A stretch of DNA of 64,000 bases from Bugula neritina (Eukaryota; Animalia; Bryozoa), in the NCBI GenBank assembly GCA_964035545.1, contig OZ037769.1:7359929-7423928 (forward strand), written 5' to 3'. The position numbers and the translations under genes were made by a program. The notes beneath the pieces were generated by a model. It did no database searches. It saw nothing but the letters and a program-made list of their open reading frames with translations, and had not been told where the DNA came from. Shown here piece after piece: positions 52,401 through 64,000 of this stretch; position 1 is the first letter of the stretch, and each line of letters starts with the position of its first letter.

Positions 52401-55400
52401 GTTTACAAGAGTGTATCGTGGCTATTAGCCATGTATAGGTTGGTATGTAGCAGTTGATTTGCCGCACCAGTATGTATAGATTAAAGCGTATATCGTATGG
52501 AGCTAAGTGGTACAGGGCGCATTTGTCTGTTTGTCCAGTTACCCGGTGTAATATAACTATTATATAGCTTCGCAACATATTATGATTCTCCCTCACTACT
52601 TTCTGCTATGATTAATAACATTTCTATTCAAGTTGACCTGCTGCATGGCTTATTATAATATTCATTAACAAATTGTATTATATTGATATATTGATTATAT
52701 TATATTGATATATTGATTATATTATATTGATATATCGATTTTATTATATTGATATATCGACTATATTATATTGATGTATCAATTATATTATATTGATGTA
52801 TCAATTATATTATATTGATGTATCAATTATATTGTGTTGATATATCGATTATATTATATTGATATATTTTTTATGCTATATATTGAGACTAAATATGACT
52901 ACTAACTTTGGTATTGCGACATTAGCTGCTTTTTCGCTATTATTTTCCTACGGTTAGACATTCTCTTACCATGCAATGCTCTAATCATTGTTTTAACAAA
53001 TCACTTTCTACTATGATACTACGAGATATCTGCTTTTTTCTCAGTATTTTTTAGATTAATTACTGCCAGTTTAAGTGCTGGGGGGTGCTTAGTAGTCACT
53101 ACTTTCGCTTTGTGCATAGGTGGTCCTTAGGCTATATAATATGTACTGGATGTGTGAGGAATTTGTCTATAATGTTGTCTAACGGCCAAGTTTGCCAATC
53201 ATCTATTTTGTCTGGAGAAACTAAGATGTTTATAATGTGCAAGTTTTACAACTTACTAGTGCATGCATACCTATCACTAACACATATATATAATATTTAT
53301 GTTCACTAAACTTTGCAATAGTTGCTATAATTTCATGGCCTTGTTCCTATATGGAGGGTTTAACAATTCCCACCCACTAAAATATATTCCTTCCAGCATT
53401 ATGTTACCAATACTCACTAGTTCCGCGTAATCTATTGTCTCATTGATGCATTTGGAGATGCAGGTTTGGCGTCTGGTAGAAGATGCAGGAGAAGTAATGC
53501 TACATCTTTGACATATAAATACAGTGCTCCCTCTATATCTCACTAAGCTACGGGTCCTCAAGTCGTGACATAGTAGAATACCATGTTAACTCATGGATCT
53601 GTTAAATTCAGCCATTTTGTCCCTATTCACACCTATGTAAGCCACAAAACGATGGTCTAAGCCCTTCTCGTGAATTTTGTGAGACATGGATCCATGAGAT
53701 ATGAAAGGAGCACTGTATTTGATTGTTTGGGATTTGTTGTAACAAGTTTGTTGAAACATCTAATAAATAACTCTGAACTAGACATGCTGTTCGTTACTAA
53801 GTTGACCCCCAAAGCTCGGCTGTCCTTGCAGGTCATAGATATGAGAGACAGAGAGGGTATGGCAAACACAAGATCAATAAAAGAAGTATGGCCAAGTTAT
53901 CTGCATTTGATGAGCTAACTGCCCATAAGATGCCTGCAGATCTTACCCCCCATGAGGTCAGTTGCTGTATACACTCCTTGCAGATCACCCTCCGGATAGA
54001 TTCTGGTCTCACCTACAATCTGCTGTGCTGTGGAGGTCATTGTGTAATGAGCTTTATGCCTGCATGTTTCTATTATTGTTGTAGCTATTCGTTGAGTTGG
54101 ACGAACTGGTGACACATCAACATGATAACGTTAAGGATCTGATGGAGTGGAAGGAGAAGGCCAGGTGGATCAAGTTTGAGGAAGATGTGCTGGATGCTTC
54201 TGATCGTTGGGGGCGTCCCCATGTTGCCTCCCTATCTTTCCATAGTCTGATAGAACTAAGGCGTCTTCTTGAGAATGGTATGTTGTCTTTAGCACATTGA
54301 AGAGTTGTGATCTCAAGTTTTATCTATCTGTCTTGTTGGAGCTGGTTGGTTTAAATTTTACTTTATTTGAAATGCAATTCCTCATACTTGGCTATTGGAC
54401 TTCTTCCACAACTTGTAGTCCAGAACTAAACTGTATTGTTACTCATGGCCCGTAAGATAAATTGCAAGAATCATCTTCTTTTTTACAAGTTTCTCGGTTT
54501 GTTAGATGGAAAAAGCTATCAACAGTTTGTGGCCAAGATCTAAAGTAGATAGACGCCTTGAAATATCATGTATAATATATACTGTCTGCTTTCACTATAA
54601 CTCTGTCACACCAACAGGGGCTGTCCACGTGGACGTCGATGCACACAACTACATCAGTCTAATGCAGGCCGTCATAGACAGACTGACTGTGAAGCAGGAT
54701 CTCCCTCCTGACCTCCAAAAGTACGTTATGGAGGCACTTATACTGCGGCACAGTCATCAGGATGGTAAACCTAGGTTTACAAGGAGTAAGAGCTATAGTA
54801 ACCTGATGGGCTTGGACTCTATGACCAGGTAACTATAAGCCACTCTGCACTGTTACTGTGAAGTTAGGTTTGGTAAATAACTGGTGAAGTTATTGCTGTC
54901 ACGTGGCGCGTGTCTTTGGTGTTGGTCATCATGCTGATGGGATATTCGTCAGCCCGACAGTCTACCTTTAGCTGTTTTCATCTTACCCAATACTCATTAT
55001 AGTATTCACATTACCATGGCACATCTCTGTCACCAGGTACACTAAATACCAACACATACGTGGCCCAGGGAAGAGCACAGTACACAAGAATGGTCACCTG
55101 GATGGACAACACACTGCAGTTAACATCTCTCCAGTAAGTCTTCTCGTTGCCACTGTTTGAGTTCTGTTGTATTATATTACAAGTCTTGTGGCCTAGAACT
55201 TATGTGACTGAATATTTCCATGTAGATACGTGGGAAAGGAGAAATTAAACCTATTCCACACCACCCTATGATGTGTTCTATACTGTAGTTCATTGAGTCT
55301 ATGATGGGTTACAGTAGTGGATGACTGGAATTTTAATTCTCACGTTTTTATTTCAGTATGTGTTGTGAATTAATTCTCTACAGGATGAATTAGACAATCC

Positions 55401-58400
55401 ACTGATTGCCAGAAGTTCAAGGTCATACGCCGCCAACCTAGACAAAGAGCGATATAACATGGAACTGCTGAAAAAGATACCACAAGATGCTGAGGTAGCA
55501 TCTGTTCTAGTAGGTGTGTTCACTAGTCAGTACTCAGTCTGTGTTACCACAGTATGTATTACTACAGTCAGTATTACATGTGTTACTACAGTATGTATTA
55601 CTACAGTCACTACAGTTAGTATTACATGTGTTACTACATTCTGTATCACATGTGTTACTACAGTCAATATTACATGTGTTATTACAGTCAATGTTGCATG
55701 TGTTACCACAGCCAGTATTACAGGTGTTACTACATTGTGTGTCGCATGTGTTACTACAGTCACTATACATGTGTTTTGTATAGGCACACTAGATAAGCTA
55801 CAGAAGCCCTGCACCGTACTGTTTAGACTCTCTCAAGGTCTCATGTTGGATCATGTAGCTGAAGTTCCATTGCCCGTTCGCTTCCTGTTTGTGTGTGTTG
55901 GCCCTCCCCTTCAGAACTTTGACTACCTTGAGATTGGACGTTCTTTGTCTACATTGCTCTCAAATCAGGTAGACATTAGCCACTGCTGTATTCATCAACA
56001 TGGGTAGTTAAAGACTGGGTTCTGTGAAAGAATGAGTAAGAGTGGTCATTGTAAACGCTATGTAAATCAAGAGGGTAAATACTCTTCACACACGTTTCAA
56101 CTGCTGACATTACTTTTCCTCTGTCCATAGAAATTCCGAGAGGCAGCTTATAAAGCTAAGATTCACACTGACATGCTAAAGGCCATGAATGCTTTCCTCG
56201 ATGAGTCCATAGTGCTGCCCCCTGGTGACTTTGACAGGAAGACATTGCTACCCATAATGCATATGGCCCAGAAGAAAATGAATGAGCGAAAAGCTAAAGC
56301 GGCAGCGGAAAGTCAAGCAACAAGTGAATTTATTATATTTAATGCTTAAGGATATTATTGTGTCACAGTAGCAGTAAATGTTACTCAAACTGCTGCGGGA
56401 TTCATTCTACTGTGCCACTAGTACAGTCATGTGACTCTAACCACATCTCCCTGAAAGCTGTGAAGACAAGTTTGCATATATTCGACTTGTCGAATATTTA
56501 AGTAAAGTTTGTGCTATTGGTATTGTTTGACTGTGTGTTTTGTTTATTTTACATGATGAATTACTCAATATTTATGATCAAGTAAACGATTAAAATTAGA
56601 ATTAACTTAAGATTGTTTTAAAAAATAGGCTTTTTGTCTAACTGAATTTTAGTCAAGAACATGTTACGGAGCTCTCATCACCGATACACCTGGTACTTCC
56701 CATGATATATATTTGTCAGTTTCTCTTGTGTTAATCATCTCTTCTGCATGCTGGTTCTATCATTGGCTGAATGCAGGTGGTGGAGATGAAGCCACGCCTC
56801 CTGATGACTCACTGAGTCGGACAGGTCGTCCATTTGGAGGTCTGATTAAGGATGTTCGTCGCAAGTTCCCACAATACATCAGCGACTTTAAAGATGGCAT
56901 CAATACTCAAGTTTTGGCTGCTTTCATCTTTATTTACTTTGCCTGTCTCTCTCCCGCCATCACATTTGGTGGTTTGTTAGGTAAGTTCTTGGGAGTTGTG
57001 CATTATTTTAGCAGTAGCACTGGTATTTTCTACTGTAACTATGGTAACTGACTGTGTACAAGCTGTTCTCTACTGTAACTATGGTAACTAACTATGTATA
57101 AGCTAGTCTCTACGTGCACCACTAATGATTTTAGCAGGAGGTTTGTGTTACTATGAAAGCTTGACTACGCAAACTAAAATTCAAAAATATATTAGAACTT
57201 TCAAAATGTTGGATATTCTTTGTTTCCACAAGTAATACTGTGTAACTTATTATTGGTAGCGGAGAAGACTGACAACTACATGGGTGCTAGCGAAATGCTC
57301 ATGGCTACTGGCATTTCAGGGATTATGTTCTCTCTTTTGGGAGGACAACCTTTGCTCATAGCTGGTTTTACCGGCCCTAATATGGTGTTTGAAGAAGGTG
57401 TTTATAAGGTAATCATCACTACTCCAACAAATATGGTAATGATTAATTCCATTTGAATGTTTTTTCTCTAGAATAGCAGCCCCAAAAATTAGGCTTGCAC
57501 TAGTTTTTTAAAATGTCAAAATATTAGTTGACGTTTTAAACAGGCAGAATAACAGCACCAGAGACAGCTGCCTTCTTTACAATGTGTTGCTTGTTTATCT
57601 GGTAATAATTCAGTGAGAGCCTTCAATGTCTAGTACCATCTTGTACCACCTTGTACTACCACATCATACTAGCTATTAGATTAGAAAATCATTGCGTTTT
57701 TATTGCATGGCATTATAGATTCTCTTATGGATTGAATTTGTGGTTGTGGTTTGTATAAACTTATGATTGTGGTTGCATTTGATGCAACTGTTTTCAAACA
57801 TTGAATGAAAAATCTATTCGGAACTTAGAAATGTAGTAATTGTGAGCATATATTCAGTGATACTGGAGTAAAAGAAACACTCTTCTGTAGAGTTTTAGTG
57901 AGTCAACTTAGTATCTTTATAAGCTTGCAGTTTCTGTCTTGTCATAAAACACAATGAACTGGTTCTATTAGCATTGTGTTAGTATAAACACTTGCCGTTG
58001 CAGTTCTCTAAACAGCTGGACATAGACCTGATGCCCTGGCGACTATGGATTGGAATCTGGATATTTGTGATTGGAGTGATACTCGTAGCTACCGAAGCCT
58101 CCTTTCTCGTCAAATACGTGTCACGATTCACTCAGGAAATCTTTGCCTTCCTCATATCTATGATATTTATTTATGAAGTCTTCAAGAAATTAATCAAGGT
58201 CTGTATAGATATTATATTGTAACACAGCAACATTCTTTCAACTTTGTTTATTAATCACTATCGGTTATAGATTGCTTTATCCAAATCTGATTTTTAATAT
58301 AATTTGTTTTTTAAGACAATATTTAATGTAATATGTATGGTAACTCATATAATATGTGGCTATAGACAATTAGACTTTATCAAAATGTCTCCAGAGGGTT

Positions 58401-61400
58401 TGTTAGTCATATTGTGTTTTAGTTATTTTTTAAAAGCTTTATTATAGTGAAACAACATTCTAGAAGTAATGCTGTTTGAATGGTAAACTGTGATGTACAA
58501 AAGTCAATCTTTAAGTAGCTGGCATTATGTAACATCTATTTTATGAACAAACCTTTAATTTTGTCTGAAGTCACTAATATATCTGGCGACAGTCTTCTAC
58601 CAAATACTCGGCTACTATCTAACTGAGAGAGTATACCAAACACCAGGTTGTTCTGTTGTGAAGGTGTTTAAGAAGTACCCGCTGTGCAAGGATTATGTGG
58701 ACTGTGTCTACCATCTCCCTGACTACAGTATCTTCACTGCCGGCACAGACAACATGACTGCTGCCGGCAACTCTACAGGGGAGACTACTCCAGAGGCAGC
58801 AACGAAACCCAACACAGCTCTGTTCACCATGTCTATTACTTTGTTCACATTTACTCTAGCGTATTTATTAAAAGGTCTGCGAAACAAGAAAGTGCTGGGC
58901 AGAACTGTAAGTTTGGCGATTCTATTAATTATATATCATTATAAAATATAATATATAAAATAATTATTATATATACAATAATTTTATGGATAATTTCTCA
59001 TTTTGCGACTTTTCATAACTTGTTTTTAATCTTTAGATCAGGCGAGCTTTAGGTGACTTTGGCGTTCCTTTTGCAATACTTGTGATGTGTTTAATAGACT
59101 TCTTTGTTCGAGACAAAGTGGACACGCAGGTAATTACCTAGTCTATATGCAGGTAAATAATAAAACTGTAGTAGACTGTATGACATATAAAACGATCTGT
59201 GTAGGTTAGTGATGTGTTTCTGTAGTAGAAGTCCATCCTGTTGATGAACAGGATATAAGGACCAAAGAGATCGTTTTGTTGGGACTCAACAATTTTATGA
59301 AGTCATAAATTTATCAAATTGAGCCCTTCTTGTTGTGGTTATTATAATCATCACACTTTCAATAAAATATTAAATGTAGGAAACTATTATCAAGAATTAT
59401 TGAGCAAATGCTGAGTTTTTATATTCAAACAGTCTTTTTTCAGCTTTTCCTCAAGTAGCATGTACATATCATAAGGTGACTGTACTTCAAGTCCACTTTA
59501 TATTACAGTATTCTCTTCACTGTTATTACTCATTAATTTGTATTTCTATTTATTGTGTTATATTGTTTTGCAGAAACTAAATGTCCCTGCTGACTTCAGC
59601 GTAACTGATCCAAATAAACGGGGCTGGCTGATTAACCCTCTTGGAACTGAGGCTAAGCCATTTCCTGTTGGTCACATGTTTTCAGCGATTATCCCGGCAT
59701 TATTGGCCTCAATCCTTATATATATGGAGAGTTTAATTGCCGGGTACGTGCTTACTGTTGAGTTTAGTTCTCAGGTAGACACAAATCTAGACCTTAAGTG
59801 TACTTTCAGCAGATTACAATGAACTTACAATTCTATATTAATTGGGAATTAGTCATAAAATAATGATATGTATGTAAATTTAGTAGATTTTTCTTGTGGT
59901 ATTCTTGGAAATAAACTCCTAACTTTGAAATTATTGTGTAGAATAGTATAGAGTTTAGTATAGTTCGTAGTATAGAGTTAGTGTAGTATAATATATAGTA
60001 TAGTAGAGAGTGTAGTGTAGTGTTATAATATAGAGAATAGTTTTGAGTTTTTAAGTTGGAGAAGTTTATATAAATCATTAGTTTGCTTTTCTTGCCACAA
60101 TATATATTGTAGTTGATATAATTTCTATTATTGGTCACATTTTTGCAAGCTGAACAAGCAAATTCGTTTTGTGCATTTACACTAAAACAGTTGACGCTTT
60201 CATACAATTTCCTTGTAACTATTTCAGAGTAATTGTGGACAAGAAAGAGAACAAGTTACGTAAAGGAAGTGGGTTTCACCTGGACATGCTGGTGTTGGGG
60301 TTCATTGCTCTGATAAACGGGTTTCTGGGTGTTCCATTCGTCTGCGCCGCCACTGTCCGCTCTGTGGCGCACACCTCAGCACTTACCATAATGTCCACTA
60401 ACCATGCTCCTGGTGAAAGGCCAAAGCTGGAGAGAATCATAGAACAGAGGCTATCTAATCTGCTCGTACACTTGCTCATCAGTGAGTTCTGGAGAGATTG
60501 CAACTTGTCTTCAGCCTATCTTGTGTTTTCCAATTTAATTGCTTTTAGAGACAATAATAATGTTTTGTTTTTCTGTAATTGAAAGTAGTTTTTGCTATAA
60601 ATATTGTTTTGAAAGTGGTTTCAGTGGCAATGCGTTAATTTTAGTAACAGCTAACAATCCATACATTCCACATAATGTAGCCAGTTTTAATAATATGCCG
60701 GTTATTCTTTTCCATGTCACAAACTTAATTTTAATCATTATGCTTTTCAGTGGCTTCCCTGTTTCTCGGTGCAGTTTTGCAATATATTCCTACGGCGGTA
60801 TTATTTGGTGTCTTCCTTTACATGGGAGTTGCTTCCCTTAGCGGCATACAGCTCTGGCAAAGAATGATATTACTAATCACACCCACCAAACACCACCCTG
60901 TAGACGTGGGATATGTCCGTTACGTGAGTACTGTTATTCGTCTCTTGCAAATAACCTCATTTACTGCTTCTTTATTCTCATGATTATCTAAACAGTATTC
61001 TCTCTCATGTGGATGTTGATATGGTCAGAGTTTTGTTCTAATTGAATCGACATGTTGCACATGATTTGTATACTGCATGTTTCAGGTACGAGTGCGTAAG
61101 ATGCATATATTCACGCTAATACAGATTATTTGTGTCGGAGTTCTGTGGGGCGTGAAGCTCTCTCCTGGAGCCATGGCCTTCCCTTTTGTACTTATTCTAC
61201 TTGTTCCTCTTCGCCTCTTTCTTCTCAAATACATCTTCAGCACACAAGAGCTCAGTGAGGTTTGTATAAACCTTTAACTACATTCACCATTTTCATTCTC
61301 ATAAAGTTATATTTATACTAGAAAATAGGCTAAAATAAATTGCAGTTACTAACGAAAATTGCTTAAAAATAAAAATTTCCTGTATCTGCTTACGTTTGGC

Positions 61401-63705
61401 CTTTATGACCTGGCATGTTTTTTCTGCATATATAGTGAAATTAAACTTTTCATATGCCAGTATTACTCAATGTGCAATTAAAAGTTATCTCCACCATGAC
61501 AGCGTTTCCCGTAACCTAGTTATTGAAAGCTGACTGACTCAACAAGTTCAGAAGTTGTAAAATCTAAACTCTGCTAAAAAAAACTTTCTTTAATCTAAAT
61601 AAATTAAGTAGTAAGACACATGCTAATGTTTCAATAAATAATGTAAAACAATAATAGTAAATGTAGAAAAAATGAACTTAAAATAATTTTATGACGTTTG
61701 TTAAGCAATGTGGCAGTGGCAGGCAGGGTATAAATCCTATTAATCATTTGGGCACTGGCTATCACTACTCTGGTGTATAAGATTGGCATACTACATACTA
61801 AACAAAAGTTGGAACCCCCCCCCCTCCCCATATTGATACAAGTGTCTTCCTAATCTATACAAATTAATAGTTAGAGCACAGACTTGCTAGGCATGTATAT
61901 AATGTATGATGCAATGCCTCAGTTGTATTAGTATTCTATAGTCATTATATAGGTGTTGGTGCTGCATTGTTTTTCTGAGTGCTGTGAGTATTTTTATAGA
62001 AAGTTACAAAATGCTAACTCCTTCAATAAAGCTGACTTTAGTAGCAGGGAAGTTGCTAGTTTAGAGCCTTGCTCTAAACACAGACAAAATTTTATAAACT
62101 CAAATGAGGCAAAAATCTGCTCTTCCTGCAATTGACAGGCTTAGTTAGACGGCTTGTATGCCAGTTAATCTAGACACTTCTTAATTAGACTTGAATAGTG
62201 TCAACTCTCTAGCAACCTGATCAGTCGAAACCCTCGAGTTTCTTTCAATTCAATCAAGCATCCACTGAAGCCAGCAAAGTGATGGCTTATGCAACTGTCA
62301 GCTAAAGCTGGTTTATTACCAAAACTTTTAATATTGCAAATATTTTGTGTCTAAAACTTTTCTGATTGTAAACTAATTGGAGGGAAACTGTTGACAGCAG
62401 CCAGTGATATATAAAGAATATTGCTACATTAATGTTTTCACCTAGCTACCAAGACTGGCTTTGCTACTGTGTTGTTCTGTACACTTCTTCTATATCAGAG
62501 TCATTTTGCAAGAATTGAATTTTGTGAAGTGCCACATTGCATAAATAAACGTAAGCAATTTGCATTTTATTGTATATAATAAAAAATACAGGATGTTGCA
62601 TCTAGCAGTTGTTTCATTGCTATGTGATGATTAGTGTAAATCTAGGCATATATCTAACTGCATGGAGTATTATTGTGATACAAAGTAACAACAAATGTTG
62701 GATTTATGTCCCCACAACACCAATTCACTAGGCCACTATCCGCAACAGTTCCAGACCTACCTTGTATAGCAGTCTCTATGCTTAGAATATAGATATACAT
62801 ATTGTCATTCAGTAGTGCTAGCATATAGTCTGTTGAGGGAGTAGCTGTTTTATCAATATAAAATTATGTTAATTTTATATTCTGTACAAGCCAGCTGCAT
62901 TTTTTATAACTATTTGGTTTTGTTCAAAGCACCAAACTCTGCACAGGTCTCTGATAAATTCAAATTCCAAATAATATAATCACTAGAAAATGCTTTAGGA
63001 CATTGGGTAATACACGCTTAGCAAGCCTATGCTCCAACTGTTAACTTTTATCAGTTAGAAAGACATGACAATAATAGCTGATGTAAGTTGTCTTTCCTTA
63101 CATAGTGTAATTTGACAATTCTATCACTTGCAGGGTGGTGACAGCCAGCACACCATATGATTAAAGAGATTCATAGCGTAGCTGTCACTGCAGCATTTCT
63201 CAGTAACTAGATAATCACAAAATGCTTCCAAGTTTATTCCCCCCTCCCCGCTACAATTTTTCTACCAAATTTATTGAAATGCTAACCATTTAATGTCAAA
63301 GAAATAAAATTCTATAGCAATTTTACATAACCACCATGCTCTGAAACTTTTACTAGTCTGTTTTTTTAGGTCATACTTTCATAGTAGACACAACTCTTAG
63401 TTAAAAATTGAGTAGTTGTGACATGTGCAAAGGGAATATTATTCATATTCTAACAAGCTTCAAGCTTGAAAAATTTTAAAAACATGTAAAATATCTTAAT
63501 TTTTCATTGATTTCAGATGAAATTAATCAGTTTTCCAGATTTGCTGAAGGTATATTTCTTGTATTGATAGACATTTACGTTGAGTATGATATGTATTGAT
63601 GTATTTTATATACCATAGCTGGACAAAGATGATGATTGTAAAGTACTAATAGCTGCTGAAGAAGATGACCTTGACTTCTATGGCACAGCACATATGCCTG
63701 ACTAG
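43489..63705 (+). CDS. SLC4 family anion exchanger, AE-type (SLC4A1-3/AE2-like)
   Basis: Proposed exons 43489-43509, 44591-44759, 47261-47424, (47812-47886), 49141-49213, 49714-49923, 50356-50442, 50530-50628, 51279-51390, 51851-52035, 53832-53956, 54085-54277, 54618-54828, 55037-55133, 55384-55513, 55784-55968, 56131-56323, 56777-56980, 57260-57408, 58004-58198, 58664-58906, 59037-59129, 59574-59743, 60228-60481, 60751-60923, 61086-61259 and 63619-63705. Motifs: [66 protein letters not shown]. The N-terminal exons are less certain. Confidence 0.9.
44030..44130 (-). mobile_element. SINE 3' fragment
   Basis: GTTTATAGTCGCTATCCCTGTGAGAACCC matches the tail of the two full SINE copies. Confidence 0.7.
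45243..45430. repeat. 21-bp minisatellite (TAACCTACCTACACTATACTG, ~9 units)
   Basis: Tandem units in an SLC4 intron. Confidence 0.9.
46058..46390. mobile_element. Foldback MITE family, copy 3 plus an adjacent partial copy
   Basis: TTCTATAAGCAG...GAGCTGCTTATAGAAC, and a second CCCCAACTCGGAGCTG end at ~46362-46388. Confidence 0.65.
49940..50317 (+). repeat. 20-bp minisatellite (ACTGTAGTCTGAGAGTATAT, ~19 units) filling most of an SLC4 intron
   Basis: Near-perfect tandem units between the donor at 49924 and the acceptor at 50355. Confidence 0.95.
50845..51156 (+). mobile_element. hAT-type MITE, copy 2
   Basis: CAGGAATGTCCAA...TTGGACAGCCCTG; TSD TATTAGAG/TATTAGGG; aligns with 40820-41144. Confidence 0.85.
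52672..52868. repeat. 22-bp AT-rich minisatellite (ATTATATTATATTGATATATCG-like)
   Basis: About 9 tandem units. Confidence 0.88.
53522..53715 (+). mobile_element. pogo/Tigger-like MITE
   Basis: TA-CAGTGCTCCCTCTATATCTC...GAGATATGAAAGGAGCACTG-TA TIRs with a TA TSD. Confidence 0.82.
55514..55783 (+). repeat. ~24-bp minisatellite occupying nearly a whole 270-nt SLC4 intron
   Basis: TGTGTTACTACAGTCAGTATTACA-like units run from donor to acceptor. Confidence 0.88.
61728..61988 (+). repeat. Dispersed repeat, copy 2
   Basis: Highly similar to 23763-24027. Confidence 0.8.
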
Positions 63706-64000
63706 ACACTCCACACTGAATTGCTCCTCGCCACTATGGACTATACTCTATAGAGATTTGCAATTTTAGTAGAAGCATACTATATTTGTTTCATAAATTT
63801 AAAAACATGGTATGTTTGACATGTGCACCAATTTATTGTAGCTAATTGCCTTCCACTATCTGCATTAATTCCATATATTTAAGTAGGATTACTACTAGAA
63901 TACTGGGAAATAATACTTTTATATACTTGGGTTTCTAGTGATTTCTTGTTAATAGTTTCAAGACTCAACTTTCACAAAATATGTAACAGAACGATTTAGA

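Noticed and set aside
56653-56692. Possible extra SLC4 micro-exon
   Set aside because: The donor is weak and the phase does not fit; flanking exons 56323 and 56777 already join in frame.

Overview
AT-rich, intron-rich animal (invertebrate-like) genomic DNA with four host genes, reconstructed by hand from GT-AG junctions and reading-frame phase. (1) The last three exons of a pentraxin + PAN/apple-domain gene (+). (2) PSMD10/gankyrin (-, 4 coding exons, 229 aa). (3) A stand-alone mitochondrial CPS1/CPS III-type carbamoyl-phosphate synthetase (+, 29 coding exons, ~1496 aa). (4) An AE-type SLC4 anion exchanger (+, ~25 coding exons). The last intron of gene 1 holds a complete, very young Ty3/Gypsy element (3412-10858) with identical 305-bp LTRs, a tRNA-Leu PBS and a -1 frameshift cassette. 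Its Gag CCHC knuckle has decayed. Its 3' region carries a non-env accessory module: an acidic ORF plus a C2H2 zinc-finger/PxVxL/coiled-coil ORF that a candidate 396-nt intron would join in frame to the end of pol. The left end has a Tc1 relic, a highly structured 272-nt retrozyme/Penelope-like unit with an intact type I hammerhead ribozyme, and an 87-bp-arm perfect hairpin with a second hammerhead. Several intronic minisatellites are tandem amplifications of the splice donor or acceptor itself. Also present: two solo LTRs, tRNA-derived SINEs with TSDs, hAT/pogo/foldback MITEs and a LINE 3' fragment. All coordinates were read by eye; no database searches were run.
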